Under the pieces are notes generated by a model. That model made no database searches. It was not told the origin of the DNA and saw nothing but the letters and a program-made list of their open reading frames with translations. Of a stretch of 64,000 bases of DNA, positions 53,021 to 62,900 are shown piece after piece. This DNA is from Chthonomonadales bacterium (GTDB taxonomy: Bacteria; Armatimonadota; Chthonomonadetes; Chthonomonadales; CAJBBX01). The position numbers and the translations under genes were made by a program. Numbering within the stretch: the stretch's first letter is position 1; every line of letters starts with the position of its first letter. The stretch lies in contig JBMFSQ010000011.1 of NCBI GenBank assembly GCA_049967475.1, positions 32,001-96,000 of the forward strand, read 5' to 3'.

Positions 53021-53154
53021 GAGAATTCTCCTTTCGTGAACAGAGAACGGGCTGGCGCGCGTTAGGCCCGGTGTTGATGGTATCCTATGTTTCCCGCTCA
53101 ACATCGGTCGCCCCTAGACGCCAGCAACACAATAGGGGCAGGCAGGCAATACCC

Positions 53155-53943
53155 ATGCATCATTATGACTTATTTGAGCCGATCCAGGTTTCGCCCCAGG
53201 ATCTGCCTCCCATGGTGAAACCCGAGGAGGCCGCCGCGAAGCTCGCGGCGCTCTTGGCTTCCAAAGCCGACTGTGGAGCGTGGCAGATAGCCGATAACAC
53301 CTACGCCGCCATGGGGCGTGACGCTCGGCAGCCGATCCTCTTTGCGGGATCGCTGGCTGCACACGTATGCGTTCTAGGCCGAGACCTCGGCAGTGAGGAG
53401 GTGCTGCTGGGCGAGCCTCTGGTAGGCCCCTCCGGCCATCGCTTGCGCCGCGCCCTTCATATTTGCCTTTTTGGGTCAGAACCCGATCCCGAAGACGCAA
53501 CCATTCGCCGGGTGCTTCCCCACGTGCTGCTCGCCAACACGGTCCCCTATAAACCCGTCGGGAACCGGCCTTTTTCGCGCCGCGTTCGGGAAGCCGTACG
53601 GCCTGTGATGGAGGCATTCTTGAGGCGCGTTTGGCAGGGGCATGTGGTCGTCACGCTGGGGTCCGAGGCATTCCACTGGTTCGAGCCGTACTGCCCGCCT
53701 GGAGTATTGCGGTCCTTCTGGGCCCGTCCGGACCGCTTCGAAGCTTTACTGGAGTGTTCGCTGGCTAGTGGAGGCATGGGGCGCGGAAAGGTCAAGCCCA
53801 TCGTACTGGCGCCGCTGCCGCATCCGTCTCCACGGAACCGCAAGTATTTTTGGGAATTCGAGGATCTCGTCGCGAGGCGCTGGGAGCAGGCTAAAGCAAT
53901 CGCGGCGCAAGCGGACGAGCATCCGCAAGCCGACGGGCCTTAA
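53155..53943 (+). CDS. Uracil-DNA glycosylase superfamily protein, divergent
   Basis: GRDLG..E...GEPLVGPSG, NTVPYKP, VTLG, LPHPSP. Confidence 0.8.
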   Translation: MHHYDLFEPIQVSPQDLPPMVKPEEAAAKLAALLASKADCGAWQIADNTYAAMGRDARQPILFAGSLAAHVCVLGRDLGSEEVLLGEPLVGPSGHRLRRALHICLFGSEPDPEDATIRRVLPHVLLANTVPYKPVGNRPFSRRVREAVRPVMEAFLRRVWQGHVVVTLGSEAFHWFEPYCPPGVLRSFWARPDRFEALLECSLASGGMGRGKVKPIVLAPLPHPSPRNRKYFWEFEDLVARRWEQAKAIAAQADEHPQADGP

Positions 53944-53975
53944 CGCCGTGCACCATCCAAGTAACGAGAACACCC

Positions 53976-54839
53976 ATGCGCATTGCCGAGAGCTTCCGCC
54001 TAGGTGATCCTATTTTCTCCTTCGAGTTCTTTCCGCCCAAGGATCCCGAGGGCTGGCGAACCCTCTATGCCGCCATCGCAGATCTTGCGCTCCTTCGGCC
54101 TGCCTTCGTGTCTGTTACCTATGGAGCCGGGGGGTCCACACGGCGCAAGACCGTGGAGCTTGTGGCCCGCATCAAAGAGGAGCTGGGGCTGGAGGCCATG
54201 GCGCACCTAACCTGTGTGGGGCACACTCAGGATGAGATCTTTGAGATCCTCCAACGGCTTTGGGATCAAAACATCGAGAATATCCTCGCGCTCAGGGGAG
54301 ATCCGCCCCAAAAGCAGGAACGCTTCCAACCCACCCCGGGCGGCTTCGCACACGCGTCGGAACTCGTCCGCTTTATCCGTGCAAACTTCCCCTTCTGCGT
54401 CGGAGGAGCGGCCTACCCGGAGGTTCATCCCGAAGCCCCCAACGCCGAAGCAGACCTCATGTACCTTGTGCAGAAAGTGGAGGCAGGAGCCGAGTTCCTC
54501 ATCACCCAGCTCTTTTTCGATGCCGCGGTGTATTTTCGCTTCCTGCATCGTGCGCAGAAAGCCGGCATCGCCGTTCCCATCGTTCCGGGGGTGATGCCTG
54601 TAACGAGCGTAAGCCAGATCGAGCGCTTTACCCGTATGTGCGGCGCATCCATACCGCAGGAGCTCCATGCTCGACTGGATGCCGTTCGACACGATCCCGC
54701 TGCCGTGGTGCAGGTGGGGGTAGACTGGGCTACCCAACAGTGTCGGGCCCTGTTGGAGGGCGGCGCGCCCGGGATCCACTTTTACACGCTAAACCGATCT
54801 CACTCCGCCAGAAGGGTCTACGAGAACATCGTGGGATAG
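53976..54839 (+). CDS. metF: 5,10-methylenetetrahydrofolate reductase
   Basis: SFEFFPPK, SVTYGAGG, AHLTC, LALRGDPP, TQLFFD, HFYTLN. Confidence 0.97.
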   Translation: MRIAESFRLGDPIFSFEFFPPKDPEGWRTLYAAIADLALLRPAFVSVTYGAGGSTRRKTVELVARIKEELGLEAMAHLTCVGHTQDEIFEILQRLWDQNIENILALRGDPPQKQERFQPTPGGFAHASELVRFIRANFPFCVGGAAYPEVHPEAPNAEADLMYLVQKVEAGAEFLITQLFFDAAVYFRFLHRAQKAGIAVPIVPGVMPVTSVSQIERFTRMCGASIPQELHARLDAVRHDPAAVVQVGVDWATQQCRALLEGGAPGIHFYTLNRSHSARRVYENIVG

Positions 54840-54856
54840 GGACGGCGGCATCCGCA

Positions 54857-56368
54857 TCAGGCGGCCAAGGCGGAGCGCGCTTCGGAGCGGAACCCTTGCA
54901 CCGCAAAGGCGCGCATCAACTTGCCATCGGGGCCGGGCCGGTTCCCTAGATCGAACACGTGAACGTCCGACATGACGAGCCGGTAGGTTGCCTCGCTGAT
55001 CAGCACCGTGTCTTCCTCGGGAACGCTCTTGGATGCTTTCTCCAGGGCATGGGCTTCTTTGACCACATCCCCCAGAACCGTGTACTCCATGTGCTCGGAA
55101 GATCCGAAATGCCCCACGATGGGCTCACCGGTGCTGATGCCTATGCCGACGCCCAACTGCCATCCGAACTCTTCATCCAGCCGCACGTAGAGGTTCTGGA
55201 GCGCCGGCGGTATCGCGAGGGCGGCACGGATCGCCTGGAGGGCGTGGTCTTGCGATCGAACCGGCATGCCGAAGAAGGCCAATACGCTGTCGCCCAGGTA
55301 CTTGCTCACGATGCCTCCGTGGGCCACGATGACTTTGTTGACCTCGGTGAAAAACTCGTTGAGGGTGGCGACGGTTTGGTCCGGAGGCAGATGCTCCATG
55401 AGGAGGGCGAAGTTGCGGATATTAAGGACCAACACCGTCACGGTTTGCCTGGCCCCTGCGATGACTTCTCCTGCTTCCTTCCCTAAAGCGCGTGCAGCCA
55501 CGGGAGCCGGTACAAATTGCTGGAAGAGGGCCCGCAGCTTCTCCTCGCGGGCGATCTGTTCCGTGAGCCATGCGGTGGCATCCCGTACTTCCTCAACAAG
55601 GAACCTCATTTCGGCCGGTCCCTTCACATCGAAGCGGGCGCGCCACTCTCCCGACCGCAGGGACTGCAACGCATCCACGATCTTGGCCAGGGGCAGTGAG
55701 ATGGAGCGATGGAAGAGGTAGAACGGAAGCACCAGGCTCAAAACCGTGATGGCGACGGCCACTCGGATCCATCCCCAGCAAGTGTAGGCTGCGTAAGACA
55801 CCGCGGGTTCCATAGGGACCGACACGATGGTGGCCCCTACGACTTCGCCTTTGCGCCACCCGAAGCCTTCGGCATGGCGCAATCCCCTGTTGCCGATGCC
55901 GCGTGCGTGGCAGGATGCACAACTCTGGGAACCGGCGATGATGGGAGCGGCGCATACAGCGTAGCGGTCTCCGCGGGCATCGGTATGCACTTCCTGGATG
56001 CGCGGAAGCGCTCGCTGGGTTTGAAAGGCGGCGATGAGCCCGTTCTCATAGAGGGTAGGCTTGTGGGCAGGGTTGGCCGGGTTGAGCGCCACTACCCGAA
56101 GGGTATAGGGGATCCCTGCCGGCGTGGGGCTGCCGGAGCTTTGTAGGCGGTCGAGGGCATGAAAGCCCCCATCCGGAGAGGCGGCCGAGGCGCGGCGCTG
56201 GTTCTCCAGAGTTTGGAGGAGGGTTCGGGCGCGCACATGGGTCTCGAGCTCTGCGTCGCGCACCATGGAGTGATAGATATGCGTAGCGAGCGCAGCCCCG
56301 CCCACAGCGGCAAGCGCCACTGGAAGAAGGGCCAGCCGCACCGCGAGCCTGTCGAAATAGTGAGGCAT
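54857..56368 (-). CDS. Membrane heme-c sensor (DUF3365/Tll0287-like) + HAMP + degenerate class III nucleotide cyclase
   Basis: Two TM helices flank P.NP.H.P..YE and CASCH; cyclase motifs VLNIRNF, KYLGD, GISTG, YTVLGDVVKEAHALE. Confidence 0.85.
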   Translation of the reverse strand: MPHYFDRLAVRLALLPVALAAVGGAALATHIYHSMVRDAELETHVRARTLLQTLENQRRASAASPDGGFHALDRLQSSGSPTPAGIPYTLRVVALNPANPAHKPTLYENGLIAAFQTQRALPRIQEVHTDARGDRYAVCAAPIIAGSQSCASCHARGIGNRGLRHAEGFGWRKGEVVGATIVSVPMEPAVSYAAYTCWGWIRVAVAITVLSLVLPFYLFHRSISLPLAKIVDALQSLRSGEWRARFDVKGPAEMRFLVEEVRDATAWLTEQIAREEKLRALFQQFVPAPVAARALGKEAGEVIAGARQTVTVLVLNIRNFALLMEHLPPDQTVATLNEFFTEVNKVIVAHGGIVSKYLGDSVLAFFGMPVRSQDHALQAIRAALAIPPALQNLYVRLDEEFGWQLGVGIGISTGEPIVGHFGSSEHMEYTVLGDVVKEAHALEKASKSVPEEDTVLISEATYRLVMSDVHVFDLGNRPGPDGKLMRAFAVQGFRSEARSALAA

Positions 56369-56395
56369 CGAAACATCCGCCCCGTCAGATTATAG

Positions 56396-56692
56396 TCAGC
56401 CGTCGCCTCCCAGCAGATAGGATGCGAAGAGGCCGTAGCAAAGCTCAGGCCGGGCCGTGAGGGCGATGAGCAAAGCATCGGCGATCTCGCGGCTTTCGGC
56501 CCACACTCCGTATTCTCGGAGTGTAATCTGGATCTCTTCAATGGGCGTGCCGATCCAGGTGGGGGGCGTGTACGGGCGCGGGACGGCGGCAGTGCGCAGG
56601 GCCCGCTCCTCGCCATCGTCCTCGCTAGAGCGCTTGGGTTCCGGAGTAAGCAGCCTCTGCATAGCTGCCCGGATGTCGCTGCGGCGTTCCAT
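56396..56692 (-). CDS. Small hypothetical protein overlapping the parA 3' end
   Basis: RBS AGGAGG inside parA; basic N-terminal helix, linker, helical C-terminus. Confidence 0.65.
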   Translation of the reverse strand: MERRSDIRAAMQRLLTPEPKRSSEDDGEERALRTAAVPRPYTPPTWIGTPIEEIQITLREYGVWAESREIADALLIALTARPELCYGLFASYLLGGDG

Positions 56693-57443
56693 AGGTTTCA
56701 TCCTCCTGAAGGATCTCCCGCGCCAGGGAGCGGTAACTGATGGCGCCGTTGGAGTCCGGCGCATACTCTAGGATCGTCTGGCCGGTAGCCGGCGCTTCAG
56801 CCAATCGAACCGTGCGCGGGATTACCGTTTCGTACACAAGTCCGGGAAGGGCATTGCGGGCTTCCTCGAGCACGTCCCGGGCGTGGATCGTGCGCTTGTC
56901 GAACATCGTAGCCACTACGCGCAATCGAAGGCCCGGGTTTGTGGTGGCCTGGATTTCGCCGGCGATGTCCCGCACATCTGCCAGACCTCTAAGGGAAAGG
57001 AATTCGCACTGCAAGGGGACCAGGGCCACTTCGGCCGCTGTGAGGGCGTTGCTTACCGCGTGGCCCAGAGAGGGTGGGCAGTCTATGAGAGCGTAATCGA
57101 AGAGATCCTTTACCGACGAAAAGGCTGTGAGGAGGCGGTGGGCCGGTGCTTCCATATGGTCCAATTCCAAGAGGATGCAGGCGAGAGACGGGGCAGCGGG
57201 TACTACGCGCATGCCGCCGGCGCAGGGCACGATGGCCTCTAAGATCTTGTGAGGATGGCGCAGAATGTCCCCGCTGGTGAGGCGCCGCGGCCGGGCGCCA
57301 ACGGCCGCCGTGAGGCTGGCCTGGGGGTCCAGATCTATCAGCAGCACGCGTTTGCTCTCCGCCGCAAGGGCAGCGCCGAGGTTTACGGCAGTGGTGGTTT
57401 TCCCGACGCCGCCCTTTTGACTGGTGACCGCGTACACATGCAT
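56625..57443 (-). CDS. ParA/Soj family ATPase
   Basis: QKGGVGKTT, IDLDPQ, IDCPP, PLQCE, TMFDKRT, IPRTVRLAEAP. Confidence 0.95.
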   Translation of the reverse strand: MHVYAVTSQKGGVGKTTTAVNLGAALAAESKRVLLIDLDPQASLTAAVGARPRRLTSGDILRHPHKILEAIVPCAGGMRVVPAAPSLACILLELDHMEAPAHRLLTAFSSVKDLFDYALIDCPPSLGHAVSNALTAAEVALVPLQCEFLSLRGLADVRDIAGEIQATTNPGLRLRVVATMFDKRTIHARDVLEEARNALPGLVYETVIPRTVRLAEAPATGQTILEYAPDSNGAISYRSLAREILQEDETYGTPQRHPGSYAEAAYSGTQAL

Positions 57444-57468
57444 TTCTTCCGTCCCTCCGGTACAGATG

Positions 57469-57849
57469 CTATCCCTTCCAGCCCGCCTTGCGCATCTCGA
57501 AGAGCCAAGGCACCAGGGCTTCGTCACGCAGGCGCTGGAGGCGTGCATCGAGCTTTGCCTTGGCTTCGGGGTCCAACATCGCGGCGCGGATGGCGGCCCG
57601 CGCTTCTTCCACACTCATCATGCCCGGAGGCGTGGCTGCGAAGACCTCCTGGGCTGTGGCAGCAGCGAAGGGGGGCAGGGGCTGGCCTTCTTCCCCTTGC
57701 GCCATCGAGGGGGACACGTCATCGCTGCTCACTAGGCGGGCCCGCATGGTAGCCGAGAGGAAGGGCGTGTCCGCAAAGATCTCCTCGAGACGCCGACTGC
57801 GCTCGGGATCAGGGTTGACACTGTTGGAATGGTAGCCGTTGTGGTTCAT
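57469..57849 (-). CDS. Hypothetical protein
   Basis: ATG 1 nt after the AAA gene stop; helical C-terminus. Confidence 0.7.
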   Translation of the reverse strand: MNHNGYHSNSVNPDPERSRRLEEIFADTPFLSATMRARLVSSDDVSPSMAQGEEGQPLPPFAAATAQEVFAATPPGMMSVEEARAAIRAAMLDPEAKAKLDARLQRLRDEALVPWLFEMRKAGWKG

Positions 57850-57850
57850 T

Positions 57851-58699
57851 TTACGCTGCCTTCGCCAAGCGGGGTCGCCGGCCCGCCAGGTCCATCACGG
57901 CACGCTCTACATGTTCCGGAAGCATTCGGTACGCACCTCGCAGAAAGGCCTCCTTCATCGTCGCCTCCGCCACCACCAGCACATCCCGGGGCACCCCTCC
58001 GGTAACCCGGTAAATGGCATGGACCGTGTCCGCAGGGCAGATCAGCATAGGATCCACAGCTCCGGCGCTCTTGAAGCGGTGGAGGAGCATCGCGTCCGTC
58101 TCGACCTCAGTCAACGGCTCCAGCGTGCACACCGTGGCGATGCGGCTTTGGAGGGCGGGATAGTAAGTGAGTTTGCGGTCTATGCTCAACTGGGCAGCCA
58201 TCACCACCTGCAGGAGGATGCGGTCCCGCGTCTCCAGGTTGACCAGATCCCGCAGCACCGGCATGGCTTGACAGGATATGGATTGGGCTTCATCCACGAA
58301 GAGCACGACCGTTCGTTTGAACTCGCAGCATTCGGCGAGTAGCCATTCTTCCAGCCTCGTGGCCATTTCGCGGGCGCTGCGGGCAGGAGGCAATCCGAAG
58401 GCGGCGAGAACCTCTTGAAGGAGCGCTCGTGCGGTGGAAATCGTTCCCGTGTTCTGGAGCTTGGCGCACTTCCATCCGAATTGCATGGGCCAGGCCGTCA
58501 TCAAGTATTCGATGAGGAACGTCTTACCGTGGCCCACACCAGCACGGATGAGGGCCAACCCCCCATGCTCTTCCACACACCAGCGCGTCTTGAGGATCGC
58601 CTCCTTGTGCTGGGTGGAAAGGTAGAGCCACCGCGTGTCGTGGTTGCGCGCGAAGGGCGTTTCCACGAGGCCAAAGTGGCGTATGTATTCCGTAGGCAT
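57851..58699 (-). CDS. ExeA/GspA-like AAA ATPase (ATPase domain only)
   Basis: HFGL..TPF, H.EA, GVGHGKT, VDEAQ, ALQSRI, TGGVPR; RBS AGGAG. Confidence 0.88.
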   Translation of the reverse strand: MPTEYIRHFGLVETPFARNHDTRWLYLSTQHKEAILKTRWCVEEHGGLALIRAGVGHGKTFLIEYLMTAWPMQFGWKCAKLQNTGTISTARALLQEVLAAFGLPPARSAREMATRLEEWLLAECCEFKRTVVLFVDEAQSISCQAMPVLRDLVNLETRDRILLQVVMAAQLSIDRKLTYYPALQSRIATVCTLEPLTEVETDAMLLHRFKSAGAVDPMLICPADTVHAIYRVTGGVPRDVLVVAEATMKEAFLRGAYRMLPEHVERAVMDLAGRRPRLAKAA

Positions 58700-58877
58700 C
58701 GCTGGTACTCCTAGGGATCTCCTAGCGCCCTTATTCCATGTGCGCCGGTGGTGCCCATGCTGGTAGAAGCGCGGAAACCACCACCCGGGAGGAAACAGAT
58801 CGGCTTTTGTAGAATGACACTTGCACAACTTACAGTGAACCTTGCCCGCGGCCGAGCCGGCTCGAAAGGATCATTCC

Positions 58878-59912
58878 ATGGATCGTGACGAAACCCCAAG
58901 CCCCATAAACCGGCGTGAGTTCCTTCGATGCGGCACAGCCCTAGCCGCAATGGCTTACGCACATCAAACGGATCCTCAAAGGCCGCGTGTGCTCATGGGC
59001 GCGGGTGAACATCGCTACGAGGCTGTACATGACTGGCTGGTGCCGCCGCCCAACATCGTTTGGGGCGACACGCACGGCGTAGCCCAGGACAGTCGCGGGC
59101 GCATCTACATCGCCCATACCGTCCACCCGACCAGTCCCTCGGGAGATGCCATCGTAGTCTTCGACCGGCACGGCAAGTTCCTTTCCTCGTGGGGCGCGCG
59201 CTTCAGGGGCGGCGCCCACGGCCTGGACCTGCGCAAAGAGGGGCCCGCGGAATACCTATATCACTGCGACATTCTTCACCGCGTCATCGTGAAGACGACC
59301 CTGGACGGCCAGGTTGTTTGGGAGCAGGGGCTTCCGCAGGAAGCCGGGGTATACAAATCCGGCGACCCCTTCATCCCCACAAACATCGCGCTGGCTCCCA
59401 ACGGCGACTTCTACGTTGCCGACGGATACGGATCGGACTGGATCCACCAATACAACATCCGAGGTGAGTACATCCGTACCTTTGGGGGCAAAGGGAGCGA
59501 GCCCGGTAAGGTGCTCAACGCACACGGCATTTGGGTGGATCCGCGGGGCCCGGAGCCCATGCTCGTAGTAGCCGACCGGGGGAACCATCGCCTCCAATAC
59601 TTCACTCTAGACGGGAAGCATGTCAAGTTCGTTACCGAAGGGATGCGCATGCCGTGCCACTTCCACGTGCGCGGGGACCTCTTGTTGGTGCCGGATCTCA
59701 AGAGCGTCGTCACGATTTTGGATGGCGAAAACCGCGTGGTAGTGCAGCTCGGTGATGGCGACCCATCCGACCTCCGGGATCATCCACGCAGCGATTTCAT
59801 ACCTGGGAAGTTCATCCACCCGCACTCCGCAAAGTTCCTCCACGATGGGAGCATCCTCGTTGTGGAGTGGGTGCCCATCGGCCGTATAACCCTTCTCAGG
59901 AAGGCGGCCTGA
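58878..59912 (+). CDS. Tat-exported NHL-repeat protein (peptidyl-hydroxyglycine lyase-like)
   Basis: NRREFL; HGVAQD, YVADGYG, HGIWVD, VADRGNHRLQ. Confidence 0.85.
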   Translation: MDRDETPSPINRREFLRCGTALAAMAYAHQTDPQRPRVLMGAGEHRYEAVHDWLVPPPNIVWGDTHGVAQDSRGRIYIAHTVHPTSPSGDAIVVFDRHGKFLSSWGARFRGGAHGLDLRKEGPAEYLYHCDILHRVIVKTTLDGQVVWEQGLPQEAGVYKSGDPFIPTNIALAPNGDFYVADGYGSDWIHQYNIRGEYIRTFGGKGSEPGKVLNAHGIWVDPRGPEPMLVVADRGNHRLQYFTLDGKHVKFVTEGMRMPCHFHVRGDLLLVPDLKSVVTILDGENRVVVQLGDGDPSDLRDHPRSDFIPGKFIHPHSAKFLHDGSILVVEWVPIGRITLLRKAA

Positions 59913-59915
59913 CCG

Positions 59916-62900
59916 TCAGTTAGCGCCATTCTCGGCTCCGAACAGCCGCTCGATCAATGCCGTACCTGTTGGAAGGGCAACGTCGGCGGGGACAGGGCCT
60001 CCACAGAAGCGTAGGAACCAGCCCGAGCCTCCCAGTTGCCAGCCCGCCAGATACGCCTCGCCGTTGGCGCCTTGGGCAAAAACGAGATCTGCTCCAGGAT
60101 CTAGGATCGGCCGGTTGACGCGGGCGGTACACGAAGATATGAGCTGGGCCCAGCGCACTCCAAGCCAAGCCTCCCCGGCTGCGGTGGGCTGTAACGGCAC
60201 TCCAGGCTCCGTGTAGAGGCCGATGGCGGACGCGGCAGCCCCTAGAAAGGCTAAACCGGACGGGCCCAGCGCCACGGAGGGTGTCTGAGCATCGTCCACG
60301 GCCCGCGCCGTCCAAAACGGATACCCGCCGTTCTCGAACCAGGTTCCCCCATGCTGAACGAACCTCCGGATCGCGCTGACCATGGCCTGGGGACCGTATC
60401 GAGCCGTCACCGGCAGCGTTTCGGCATAGGGGTTGACGATAGCCAGCCACACCTCGGGATGGCTCAGCGCTGCCTCCAACTCTTCCGGGCGGGTGATGCG
60501 GCGTACGGTCGCCCACCCGTCTGCAACAGGCCGGCAATGAGCCAGCGCATCCAACCACTGTTCCGGGGACGGACCGCCCCAGGGATATTCCTGTCGGTTG
60601 AGAAGAGCAAAGTCCAACACGCCGATGAGGGATGCCGTGGAGGGCGCATGCGTTCTTGGCGGCCTCTGCGCTGGCGCAGCCGCGGGACCCGCTAAAGGCT
60701 CGGGCGCCGGGCTCACGAGTTCGCGCGGGGAGCTTCCCAGCAGCCAGAGCTCAGGAGACCCCAGCATCCTTCCGTACTTCGTGTAGATGCCGGCCACTAT
60801 CCCCGGGCCCTCCACATCGAAGCCCATGGGGGCCACCGTCCGGTTCCCCATCGGATAGGGAAACGATCGCAGGTTCGCTGTAACGGTGAACGGACCGTAT
60901 CGCGCCTGCAGCACGCCGCGGCTTCCGCTTCCTGCCAAGTACCGGAAGTCCAGAAGAGGCTGCTCTGCAAGGCGGCTTCCGACCCGATCTTGCAGGCGCT
61001 CGAGATAGTCCAGCCACGACATCTTGCGCGTGTCCGGCAGCGGCGTGGGCCAGACCTCGGCGCTGATCTGGTATCCCAGCACCATCGTCCAGGCGAGTTG
61101 TTCACGATCATTGACGAAGGGGCCGCCGCCATGGTGGCCGAAAAGCGCGCGGTCGTGGGCTAGAAACAGGCCCAAAGGGTAAAACTCCCACTCGCTATCT
61201 TCCATGCGATCTCGGTAGAGCACCAGCCAATCGGCGAGCCAGGGCGGAGTGTGTTCAAAGGGCACGAGCTGCCAGGTAAGGCCCCGGAATTCGGTCACGA
61301 TCGGAAGCAGCCGGTCAAAACCATGTTCGCAGGCGATGGGGAAATGCTGGGCCATGCGCTTGCCGAGGTTCATGATGCCTTGCACATAGGCATAGGGCGT
61401 GGGAGATGCCGGATTGAGGTCGTAGAGCAGACCCCGCATTCCCAACTGATCTACAAAGAGCGCATCCGCAGGATATTGCTGCACGAAGGGCGCCCACATG
61501 CGATCGGTTGCCGCCAGAACTTCTGGGTGCCACGGACAGATGGACCATCCCCAGTTCGGGCCGTATTGTTCGCGGTTGGGCTTGCCGTCGAGCCCCAGCA
61601 GGAGCGGACCCTCTCCCACGCGCTGAAATGTAGGTCCCCGCGGATCGTCACACCACCAGGTGGGGTTGGTGTATGGGATCACAAGGTCTCCCTTTTGGTG
61701 GGCCTGGTCGAAGAGACTGCGGAAATCCTGTTCCGTTCCCTTTTCGGGGTTTGGAGGGAGTATATCGGGAAGTTGTTTGTCGAAGCCGCCGTGCAGATAA
61801 TCTCCCAGGTGGATCGCCGCGGGCGCGGGAAGTTGGTCCACCACTTCGGCTTGTTGCCTGAACGTAGGGCCGGCAACATTGATGAGAAGGGAGCGCTTCC
61901 ACCGGTCCAGAAGTGCAGCAGGCGCCTTCTGTTCCGGCGTTGCCTCCAGATGATTGGCTGCGAGGTAGGTTCTCAGGTCGTCCTGAACTGCAGGTGCGAA
62001 GGAGATGCGCACAGACGGAGCCGTCCATGCGCCACCCTTGGGAGCGAAGCCCTCCCAGCTCCGTTCCAGCACTCCCCCGTTCCTCGATCCGCGGGCCGAC
62101 CATTCTGCCGGGACGAAGATGTGCGTGGGGTCGTCGGATCGCTGCACTCCGTAGAGGGCGAAGCTGCCTCTGGAGGTGTCCACCCGGGCGTAATCACAGA
62201 AGCCTATGGGATATCCTGTGGAGATGCTGAGGTACCGCGCAGGAGTGATTGCGCTGTACGCCGGCCATCCCGTGGTCTCGAACCAAACGCCGCCCTTTTG
62301 GAGAAAGGTCCGGATGGCATCGGCCATGGGCTGCCAACCGGCGCTGCTGCAGGGGAGGCGCTCGGAATAGGGATTGACGATCGCAAAGGTCGCCCGGTCT
62401 TTCATTGCCCGGACGAGATCGCCGGGGGTGGTTGCCAAGCGCGTCCGGAGGCCCGCACCCAGGAACCACGGGGAGTGTTCCAGCGCATTCTTCCAGTCCT
62501 CGATCAAAGCCGGCGCCCAGCCACCCAACGGCGGACCGTGTCGCAAAGCGATGAGGACCACGTTATGCCGCCTCCGGTTTGGAGCGAAACCCGCCAGTTG
62601 GGCGATCATGCGCTGAACCGTAGCAAGCATAAGAGGGCCGTCGGCGGCCTCCAGCTTGCCTCCGAAGCGCGCCAGCATCCCTTTGCCTACCCGGTGGATA
62701 GATAGAAAGGCTCCCGAAGCACCCTGCAGAAGCGTAATCTCAGGTTGCTGGGCAGGAGGACGCAGTAGATACCTCGGGCGAGAGGTCCACTGCTGCACCA
62801 GCTCGTCGCCCAGAAGATCAATCCCCTGCCTCGTGGCTTGCACGGGTTCTGCAGGCGCGTCCATGGGCCGCAGGACGCATTGCAGCCCGGCAATGCGTTC

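Noticed and set aside
53944..53975. SAM/SAH riboswitch before metF
   Set aside because: Gap is only 32 nt and has no consensus
57851..58699. AAA ATPase as a transposon TniB/IstB helper
   Set aside because: No transposase, terminal repeats or compositional shift seen; the N-terminal FGL..PF motif is ExeA-type
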